A DNA stretch of 64,000 bases from Utricularia gibba (lineage: Eukaryota; Plantae; Magnoliophyta): positions 806,001 to 870,000 of the forward strand of contig CM007989.1 of assembly GCA_002189035.1 (NCBI GenBank). Reading direction: 5' to 3'. Position 1 is the stretch's first letter. Each line of letters starts with the position of its first letter. The notes under the pieces are model-generated. The model made no database searches, was not told the origin of the DNA, and saw only the letters and a program-made list of their open reading frames with translations. Below, piece by piece: positions 37,583 through 47,723 of this stretch. The position numbers and the translations under genes were made by a program.

Positions 37583-40303
37583 ATGGCAGCTTATGCTGCT
37601 CTGGTTTCCCTTGCGCAAACACTGGAAAATCTGATTCATTCCTGGAAGGAACATGATGATCGTACACAGTCCCTGGTATCTCTTCACCAACAACTTCAGG
37701 ATTTGTTGACCCGGGAACCTGCTGCTTCTATCGACTCAGGTGTTATTTTTCCTCTGGTCTCTTTTTCTCAAACACTGAGGAACTATATTTTAGAAATTCA
37801 GCAAGGGTTCGACAGTGATCAGCTTGCATCTCTGCACCATAAGATCACCTTGTTGATAGAGGTGTTTGATAAGTCCCCCCATAGAGTTGCCCAGTGGGAA
37901 GCTAATTTAGGTTACTTTGCCGATCGTGCTGAGTCAATGATCGAGCTTATTTTTAATGTAAGTCGGGCTCAACAGGCAAACATAAAGAATAAAGACATCT
38001 TGCTTCAAGTTGCAAAGCTAACGGGGGAATTGTTTGACACGTTCTTCAATGAGGTGAAGAACATAATAGATGCTGATGATTCTTCTCCCCCTATCAAACT
38101 CCCTTCTGGAAATCAGATTCGTGGAAAAGAGAAACTTTTTGGGTTGGACCACCATTTGGATGAGGTTACAAAGCGTCTTCTTTCTCATGTGAAAAAGCTC
38201 GAAATTGTTCCCATCGTTGGCATGGGAGGAATTGGTAAGACTAGTCTAGCAAGAGCTGCATTTGATCTTCCTTCAGTGACTAGTTTCTTTGAACTTCGTC
38301 GTTGGGTGAACATCTCTCAGGGATACAGTGCGAAGGCAATTATGCTAGCCATTTTAGATGACAAATCACCAGATGGAATGAGTACCAGCATTATAGATTT
38401 AGGGGTCAGAGTCAACCAGCTGTTGTATGGTAGAAGATATCTCATCGTCCTAGATGACATATGGGATTTAGATGCATGGGATGAAGTGCAAACATATCTG
38501 CGAAATGACGAAAATAGAAGTAGGGTAGTATTGACTACAAGGCATGAAAACCTGGCTCAGTACGCTAAGTCCTCAGGGTTCATTCATCATATGCAGCTTA
38601 TGAATCAGGAGACAAGTTGGAGCGTTCTCAAGAATAGGGTGTTTGGAGAACAACCCTGCCCTCTAGAGCTACTAGAAATAGGACAAAAAATAGCAAATGG
38701 ATGCAACGGACTGCCCCTTGCCATCGTTGTCATCTCTGGTATTCTCGTCAATGTCAATCTGGATTTTGATTCGTGGGAGAATATAGCAAAAGATGTGAAT
38801 AAAGCCATTGAAACAAGTGATGATCATTTCTTGGAGATTTTGGCATTAAGTTATCACCACCTGCCTCATTATTTGAGACCATGTTTTTTGTACATGGGTG
38901 CTTTCCCCAAGGACGAGCACATCCATGTTTCCAGTCTTATTAAGCTTTGGGTAGGTGAGGGATTCCTCAAACGTAAGAACAATTCTAACGATCTCGAGGA
39001 GACAGCATATGAGTATTTTGAAGAAATCCTCAAGAGAAATCTCATCATGGCCACCAAGAAGGGGTACGATGGCAGAACTAAATTTTGTGAAATGCATGGC
39101 CTCTTGAGAGATTTATGCTTAAGAAAAACTCATGAGGAGAGTTTTTTTCATCATAAACATGGGTTGTATGCAGAGACTCCAGTCAGGGCTAGCTTTTGCC
39201 GAGGTGAAACATTTCAGTTTATCAATAAACAGAAGCTTCTTTATTTGCGTACCGCTCTCTGCTTTTGGAACACCAGTAAGTTGTTATCTTCGTTGGTGGA
39301 TTGCACACGTCTCCGGGTATTGGATGCATCGCGGATAACTAGTGAGAAGTTCCCTTCCCAACTCATGACATCTGTTCATCTAAGGTTCTTAGCGTTGTCG
39401 TGGACACCAAAAGGAGCGTTTTTGGTTCCATCCGACATACAGAAACTTAAAAACCTCAGAACCTTTATATTGAAATATGAATACCAGTACGTGGTTGAAG
39501 AGAACATGTTTTTGATCATGCCTGTCGAAATCTGGAGACTAGCCAATTTAAGGCATCTGCTTTTGTACCCTGCTGCCAACCTGCCCAACCCTCCAACTGG
39601 AAACACCCCATCTCTTGTGAACCTTAAGACTCTGTTGACAATCAGGAACCTGTGTTTCTCAGATGAGATGGTAAAAATGATTCCGAATTTGAGAAAACTG
39701 GTTGTATGCTATTGGATTGATGTGACTAAAGAGACATGGTCAGATTTTCAGCTCCACAACCTCAGCCAGCTCAGGCATCTTGAGTATCTTCGACTTCAGT
39801 TTACCATCCAAGGATATGACTTGGAATGGTGCAAGAGGAACCCCCTGACGAAGAGTTTGGCTTTTCCATCAACCCTGAAGGTGTTGAAATTCGAAGGCGG
39901 TGCAGCACGAGTTTCATGGGAGGATATGACTAGGTTAACTCGTTCATTGCCTAATCTACAATTACTCAAGTTGGGATCGCATGCTCTATCTGGGGATGTG
40001 TGGGAGGTCGGTGAAGAAGACTATCAAAACCTCAGGGTCCTTGAAATTTGTGGAAGTTATCTCAAATGTTGGAGGAGTGAAAGCAGCAACCCCTTCTCAA
40101 GTCTTCAGCGTCTTGTTCTCATCGCATGCCCCTGTCTCACTGAACTCCCAGATGGCATCGGAGACATACCAACACTTGAGTCAGTAACAGTTGATGATCG
40201 CCAAGAAGCTATACTGAAGTGGGTAAAGCAGATTGAAGAAGGCCAACGTGAGATGAGAAACACCTTTCTTCAGGTCACTGTTCACAAGTTTGCAGGTACC
40301 TAA
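37583..40303 (+). CDS. CC-NBS-LRR resistance protein, R1A/R1B-like asterid clade
   Basis: 906-aa open frame with P-loop GMGGIGKT, kinase-2 YLIVLDDIW, RNBS-B SRVVLTTR, GLPLA, RNBS-D CFLYMGAFP, MHD variant MHG and C-terminal LRRs. An extra 3' exon is possible (donor at 40296). Confidence 0.95.
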   Translation: MAAYAALVSLAQTLENLIHSWKEHDDRTQSLVSLHQQLQDLLTREPAASIDSGVIFPLVSFSQTLRNYILEIQQGFDSDQLASLHHKITLLIEVFDKSPHRVAQWEANLGYFADRAESMIELIFNVSRAQQANIKNKDILLQVAKLTGELFDTFFNEVKNIIDADDSSPPIKLPSGNQIRGKEKLFGLDHHLDEVTKRLLSHVKKLEIVPIVGMGGIGKTSLARAAFDLPSVTSFFELRRWVNISQGYSAKAIMLAILDDKSPDGMSTSIIDLGVRVNQLLYGRRYLIVLDDIWDLDAWDEVQTYLRNDENRSRVVLTTRHENLAQYAKSSGFIHHMQLMNQETSWSVLKNRVFGEQPCPLELLEIGQKIANGCNGLPLAIVVISGILVNVNLDFDSWENIAKDVNKAIETSDDHFLEILALSYHHLPHYLRPCFLYMGAFPKDEHIHVSSLIKLWVGEGFLKRKNNSNDLEETAYEYFEEILKRNLIMATKKGYDGRTKFCEMHGLLRDLCLRKTHEESFFHHKHGLYAETPVRASFCRGETFQFINKQKLLYLRTALCFWNTSKLLSSLVDCTRLRVLDASRITSEKFPSQLMTSVHLRFLALSWTPKGAFLVPSDIQKLKNLRTFILKYEYQYVVEENMFLIMPVEIWRLANLRHLLLYPAANLPNPPTGNTPSLVNLKTLLTIRNLCFSDEMVKMIPNLRKLVVCYWIDVTKETWSDFQLHNLSQLRHLEYLRLQFTIQGYDLEWCKRNPLTKSLAFPSTLKVLKFEGGAARVSWEDMTRLTRSLPNLQLLKLGSHALSGDVWEVGEEDYQNLRVLEICGSYLKCWRSESSNPFSSLQRLVLIACPCLTELPDGIGDIPTLESVTVDDRQEAILKWVKQIEEGQREMRNTFLQVTVHKFAGT

Positions 40304-41369
40304 CCATCAAGCACAAACACACACAACTATCGGAACCCCATACTCACCATAGATTTTTGTTTGAAAAATACACAGAAGTGTTGGAAGATGGGGAGACAGA
40401 TAGCAGGAAAGCCAAGCTGTTCAAGATCTGGACCGATGCTGGCAGTGATACTGGTACTCTTGACTTTTCTTTTTTCCCTTCACATGATGAACCCCACACT
40501 GGCTACTGACAATCCTCGCTGCTTAGATTTGAGGAAGAAGATCATTCTGAGCCTGCTCTATGATGACAAAGATGGCCTTAGATCGATCATAGAATCCATG
40601 TCTCCTGAGTTACACACGGTAAACCCCCCTCCTCTTAGATTACTTATTGCTCATGTATGATCTTGTTATAATCAGGTGGAGATTCTAATGCAGTTGATTC
40701 CTGCTGTGTTGCAGATCAATCCTCAGGATTCATCATCCTTTTTCCTAAATCTTTTAGCTTTTGCTTGCATGTACTGGGTTTTCATCTTGCACAGTTTCTA
40801 TTCCTATTGGACCTCTCACATATGATAAATGAGTCAGATGGATTAGAAATTTGATCATATGATATGTGAGAAAATTGGTTACATTTTTTAATTTAATATG
40901 TGAGAAATATTGTATAGATGTTCATTTTTATAAATGATCCTAAATGAGTATTTCTTGTCTTTTATTTTACTTTTTTAGTAATTTATATACAAATTAATAT
41001 ATTCATTACAATAAAAATAAAAACCTAAAAGGAAATTGGAAAAAGAAGGAAAAAGTGGTGCAAAGTCAAGGTTAAAGGCGCTTGCACTGAACTACAACTT
41101 TATTCAATATAACATAAATTACAGAAATTGGGTGAAATTCATGAAGTGGAGAATGTGACTCATGACTGGAATTTTTACCAGAGAACCCCACTTCGTTTTC
41201 GCTCTGCGTCTTTTGTGTGTGCTGTTCGTGCTCGGCAGAAGCAAAGAGCACTCCTCAGTTCCCCTATTCTCATGTATTTTGTGTATTTCTGTAGAGAACT
41301 AGTGGAGGAGAAACATCTGGGAAGTTTTCTGCTTCTTGTAGTAGTGTTTTAACTCATTCTTGCTGAGAA

Positions 41370-44300
41370 ATGGTGTTCAAAGCTCGGTTCTTTTCGTCCA
41401 AAAAGTCTGATACTTCGAGCCCAGATGGATCATCGCCTCAAGGGTCCAGTTCCCGATCGCCGATCCGATCTGACAAGAAGAAGTCCAAGTCTAAGGACAG
41501 CTCCCCGGCGACGCCAGCAGCAAAGAGTCTTTTGAAGAAGAAAGATGCTTCTAGGGCTAAAGAGGTGCCCAATTCGTGTAACCCCAGTACGGGAATTTCA
41601 ACTTCTTCTTCTTCTCCTTCGACGAGGTTGAAGAAATCGGTGGAACCGGAGCCGGAGCCGGAGCCGCGGACTCCGGCCCCTGTGTCTTTTTCACCGATAG
41701 TGGCTTCTTCTCTGGGGCTTAACAAGATAAAGACGCGATCAGGGCCATTGCCGCAGGAGATGTTCTTCAGTTTTGGGAGTCGGGAGAAGAGTGCTGCATT
41801 GGGTTCTAGCAACTTGTCGAAGCCGTTAGGAGGGCGTTCCGGCGCTTCTGGTAGAAATGGAGTTCTTGGCTTTGGAAAGGAGAAAGGGAAATCGGTTGCT
41901 GAGATTCCAGAGAATAAAAGTAATTGGGATAATACGTCTACTGAGAGCGAGGCGTCAAGGGAGCAGAGTCCTCATGTGCTCCAAACTCAACCTCGGCTGC
42001 AGAATGTAGAGACATCTTCTGGAGTTGCAGGTGTGCTTCTTTTGGGAATGCAATGTCTATCTCTTATTACAATTCTGAATTGTATTAGTTTCTCTACTCG
42101 TTCATTATCACTATCCTAGACTATGTTTTTACTCCTTTTCACTTGGCTCAACCTGTGCGTCTAAGTTATATGTGATGTTGTTCCTGGGAATGCAAGTATG
42201 AAAACGTTAATCTTTGGAATCTTTTTTGGTTTCAACTTGATGTGGTGCAATTGCTATAATCTTATTAAATCAGGGAAGTTCAATTCATCTTGGCATAGTG
42301 ATGCAATTCATAGAAGTTCAGATGCGTATACTCCTGAGATGAAGGTAATTAAGTGTTTCTCTTAGGATGAAACAGACTTAATTTTCAGTTATTTCCCATT
42401 AGCTTCCGCCTTGCCTATGATGACTTTAACTTCACTAAAGATTGTTGTGCATTTTTTTAGACATCATTCGATTGTGATAATCCAAAAGAATCAGAGTCCC
42501 CAAGGTTTCAAGCAATACTTCGGGTTACTAGTGCTCCTAGGAAGCGGATTCCAGGGGATATCAAAAGTTTCTCACATGAATTGAATTCCAAAGGAGTACG
42601 GCCTTATCCATTTTGGAAACCCCGGAGGTTAAATAACTTGGAGGTGATGATGAAAATTTGGTTACAATTATCACAGTAATTATTTCTTGTTGTCATCTTA
42701 TTATTTAGGTTACTAATGCTGATCTCCTCAGGAGGTCTTGACTATGATTAGGCTGAAATTCGACAAGGCAAAGGAAGAAGTTGATTCTGATCTGCATATT
42801 TTTGCAGCAGATTTAGTGGGGATTCTTGAAAAGAATGCAGAAACACATCCTGAATGGCAGGAGACCATAGAGGATTTACTCGTTCTGGCTCGAAGCTGTG
42901 CCATGAGTACAGCCGGAGAATTCTGGCTGCAGTGTGAAGGCATAGTGCAAGAACTGGACGACCGAAGACAAGAGCTTCCAATGGGTATGTTAAAGAAGCT
43001 TCATACTCGGATGCTGTTTATTCTCACCAGATGCACAAGATTGCTGCACTTCCATAAAGAAAGCGGGCTGGCGGAAGATGAACATTTGTTCCCTCTTCGC
43101 CAATCGCTTCAGCCTCAAAATAAGCTAGCAACTTCAGGAACAGAGAGGAGTGGAAAGATGTCCAGTGATGCGAAACCATTGGTTGCAATTTCCACAAGGA
43201 AGTCTTATAGTCAAGAACAACCAGATTGGATGAGAGAACATGTTATTTCTGGAAGTCTTCAGAAACCTTCACTTCCTGAATCTGCTGCAAATCTTGATTC
43301 TTATGAAGGTAGAAGTAGGATGGCATCTTGGAAGAAATTTCCTTCTCGCTCTGGAAAGATCCTCAAAGAAATTGCACCTGTTAAAGAGGAGCCTGAGGAC
43401 AATTTTGTAGAAACTTCTGGAGTTTTTGGTAGTCGAAGAGAACTCGATGATGCTGAGGTTGCTACTCCCAAAAGAGCTGATCTTTCTCTCAAGGATTCCC
43501 AGACTTCCCAAATGCCTAATCACCAGCACAAAGTCTCCTGGGGCTACTGGGGAGATCAGCCAAACTTATCTGATGAAAGTTCCATTATATGTCGCATATG
43601 TGAGGAAGAGGTTGCCACATGGCGTGTGGAAGATCACTCAAGAGTATGTGCAATTGCAGATCGTTGTGATCAAAAAGGTCTTAGTGTGAACGAGCGTCTC
43701 ACTAGAATCGCCACCACCCTCGAGAAGCTTATGGAAACAGTTTCACCTGTGGAGTCCGAATATGCTATTGGAAGTGCTTATGGTGATAAAGTTTCAATGT
43801 CTGAAGATCAAGACCCTTCTCCAAAACAGGGAGAATGGTCACATAGAGGATCTGAGGACATGCTAGTTTCTCTTGCTGAGTTAAATAATGGCACTGTTAT
43901 GGATGATTCAAAAGTTTTACCATCTATGTCATGTAAAACTCGCTTTGGTCCAAAGTCCGACCATGGAATGGCCACATCCTCTGCTGGAAGCATGACCCCA
44001 TGCTCACCATTGATGACACCACGAATGAGCCCAATTGATTTACTATTACCTGGAAAAGGTGCTTCCTCTGAACATGGTGATCTTCCTCAGGTGTGGTTGC
44101 TTTTTTCCAACTAGTGGAACTTTTTCTACATTCATAACCTGCATATGTTTTTTTTTAAATGGGAACTTCAATCCTTTATATGATGTGTGTGCATCTGTAA
44201 TTGGTGTTACTTTGAATTGCTGCTGTTATCTGCTGCAGATGAACGATCTTGCTGATATAGCAAGGTGTGCAGCAAATGCACCCTTAGATGATGACCGATC

Positions 44301-47261
44301 TTCACAGTATCTGCTTAGATGCCTTGAGGAGTTGAAAAATGTTATAGAGCACAGGAAATTTGACTCCTTGACAGTGGACACTTTTGGAGCTCGTATAGAG
44401 AAATTGATCGGGTGATCTTTTGTGTTTGTTTCTACTTTTACAAATTATACTCAGATGTGCTGACATTGAGTTTGATTCTAGGGAGAAGTATATTCAATTA
44501 TGTGAACTACTTGATGATGAAAAGGTTGATATAACTAGTACTGTAATTGATGAAGATGTCCCTTTGGAAGATGATGTCCTACGCATCCATCCATCTAGAG
44601 ATCGCACCTCAATAGATGACTTTGAGATTATCAAACCTATTAGCCGTGGGGCATTTGGCCGAGTTTTCTTGGCAAAAAAGAGAACAACTGGAGATCTCTT
44701 TGCTATAAAGGTGAAAAATATTCCAATTTCTGGAATAAAATTACAAGTTATTCGAAATTGTTGGGTGAAATAAGTTTCATCTTTGTATTTATTTTGTTTG
44801 TCTTGAAGGGTTTTTATTTCAAATGAAAAAAGAGCAGGATGTTCTTGTTTATTCATGCTGCAGTCTATTTATACTTTTTCTTGTTTCTTTCTTTTCCTTT
44901 TATAAAGAATAGAAAACCGAAATGGCTGACTCTTCCGATTGTTGATGTGTATTCTGCAGGTTCTCAAGAAAGCAGATATGATAAGGAAGAATGCTGTAGA
45001 AAGTATTTTGGCTGAACGTGATATATTAATATCTGTTCGGAATCCCTTTGTGGTGGGCTTGCAATCTAGTAACATTCTGAACCAGCCTGTTTCTTTCTAT
45101 TCCTTTTTTTTTAACATTGCAATCCATCATCAGGTCCGCTTCTTTTACTCTTTCACTTGTCGTGAAAATCTTTATCTTGTCATGGAGTACTTGAACGGTG
45201 GAGATCTTTATTCCTTACTGCGGAACCTGGGTTGTTTGGACGAAGATGTTGCTCGTGTGTATGTTGCTGAAGTTGTAAGTGCACTTTTAGTTACTTTCTG
45301 TGTGTTTACCCAACCACTTGAATGTGTGGCATGTGTTTCTAGGTTCTTGCGTTGGAGTACTTGCACTCCCTTCGTGTTGTTCATCGTGATCTAAAGCCTG
45401 ATAACTTGCTGATTGCACACGATGGCCATATCAAGGTTATCTCATTTTGTTTGGTTACCCTTCAGCATCTACACTGCCTACATTCAGCATGTTGCAATAA
45501 AGCCTGAATTTTCTACTTTGATTTTCCATGCCCTCTCTGCTGTTGCAATAAAGATATGTTCTTAGTTTCCCGATATCTTTTTCCTTGGCGCAAGTTCCTT
45601 TCTTGTTTACATCAGTTCTTAAATGTCCACAGTTAACCGACTTTGGGTTGTCAAAAGTGGGTCTTATCAACAGCACTGATTTATCTGGTCCAGCTGTGAG
45701 TGGAGCATCCTTCATGGAAGAAGATGAACCTCCAGTATCCGCATCACAGCATCACCAAGAAAGACACAAGAAAAGGTCAGCCGTGGGTACTCCGGACTAC
45801 TTGGCTCCTGAGATTCTTCTGGGAACTGGCCACGGTTAGTTGATGATTCTGTTGCTTAATTTTACTTTTCTTTTCATCTTTTTTGCAAATTATTCCCTTG
45901 GAATGATCAGGTTTTACTGCTGATTGGTGGTCTGTTGGTGTTATTCTATTCGAGCTTATCATTGGCATCCCCCCTTTTAATGCTGAACATCCTCAGGTCA
46001 TTTTACTGAATGGCCTTCCTCCGATCTCTTACATTTTTTATTCAAAAAAAAAAAAATACTGCTTGACTGAAAGGTGTGAATGGGTAGTATTGTGTTCGTC
46101 AGACCCATTCTTTTGTCACGTTTTATTCTCAAACCATTTCTCTGCAGAAAATATTTGAGAACATCCTCAATCGTAAGATCCCATGGCCTCGAGTACCTGA
46201 TGAAATGAGCCCCGAGGCCTATGATCTGATAGATAGGTACAAGGATCTACACATTTGTAGCCAAATATTTCTGCCTTTTCAGTTTTTGAATGATCCTTGA
46301 TTTCAGTAGATGTAAAAGTTCATTTTTATTGAATCTCTAAGTTGGTTCTTTATACGCATTGTGGGGTATAAATTGCAGGTTGCTTACTGAAGATCCGAAC
46401 ATGAGACTTGGTGCTGGAGGTGCAGCAGAGGTAGCTTGATTATCTTTGATGTCATCTCAGCTCCTTTACCTTGTCAATTCTTCATTACTGAGATGGTAAA
46501 ATCATGTAGGTTAAAGAGCATCCCTTTTTCAGAGATATTAACTGGGACACACTTGCGAGACAGAAGGTAAATCGTCTTCTCTTCCACACAAAATCTACAC
46601 TTCCTAGCAAGCAATCCATATCTGCACATCTTCTACAGGCTGCCTTTGTCCCGGCTTCCGAGGGTGCAACAGACACAAGCTATTTCACCAGTCGGTTTTC
46701 ATGGAACCCTTCAGATGAGCATGTCTATGCTGCTAGTGAGCTCGATAACTCCAGTGGCGACGATAGCATAAGCAGTACCAGTAGTTGCCTAAGCAACAGG
46801 CACGAAGAAGTGATGAGGGTGGGCATAAATTTCCCAACTTTGCTTGAATTGAGTACTGATCATTTTGAATCACAAAACTGAAACCATACTTGTCTGTGTT
46901 TTTGAAATCTTGCCCCACAGGGAGATGAATATGGAGGGCTTGCAGAATTCGAATCTGGTTGCGACGTCAATTATTCTTTCAGCAATTTCTCATTCAAGGT
47001 AATTCAATGGATCCAGTTTCAGCCTCAAGCAGGCTGTTTGTTCTTCATAATGCTTCGTTCTGGGAGTTGTTCGTGTTCAATTGCACCTGATAACCCCTAT
47101 GCCGTTGTTCATCTGCATCTAGTAGCAGGTCCCAGATACGTCTCGACTTACCTGGTATCCTTCTCTTGTTGCAGAACCTCTCTCAGCTGGCGTCCATTAA
47201 CTACGACCTGCTGACAAAAGGATGGAAAGAGGAGCCACCCACAAATCCTGGTTCGTCGTAG
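41370..47261 (+). CDS. IREH1: AGC-family Ser/Thr kinase IREH1/IRE3-like
   Basis: About 17 GT-AG exons that join in frame by hand. Motifs [57 protein letters not shown] zinc motif, [40 protein letters not shown] and [18 protein letters not shown]. Stop TAG at 47259-47261. Confidence 0.93.
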
Positions 47262-47723
47262 CCTTAGCTCCATGTACATGACTTGTGTACTCGAGTCTGC
47301 TGTAAATGAGTTTTGCATATACAACCAGCCTATTAACTGTATGTTGCTGGTGCACTCTAAATGTTCAGTTTTGGTGCTCAGGGGTTGCCCCTTTCAGCAA
47401 GTTAAACGTTTGGTTTCACATGTACATCCAGACTCCGCAGTAGAGTAATGCTGAAGTAAAGGAAAGAAAACCATAAAGTTGAAAAGCTAAAGGTATACAC
47501 ACTCATTCCATTCCATCAACACACAAAGAAAAAGCATCTGATTCTGCCAACCATGAATTTGAATATGTTCCAAATCAATAAAGCAGCAAAATATTACATC
47601 TGGTTCTTCAATAGCAGACTTTGACAGCATCAACTAACATCTCTAACTTTTCAACTGTTTTTTGAAATGTAATAATAACTCTGGGCTGGAGGATGCAAGA
47701 GTACCTTCTCATCACCACAATGC

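Noticed and set aside
44408-44412. Possible frameshift at the IREH1 exon ending LIG
   Set aside because: The GG/G junction keeps the frame; it is only an Arg-to-Gly type substitution.
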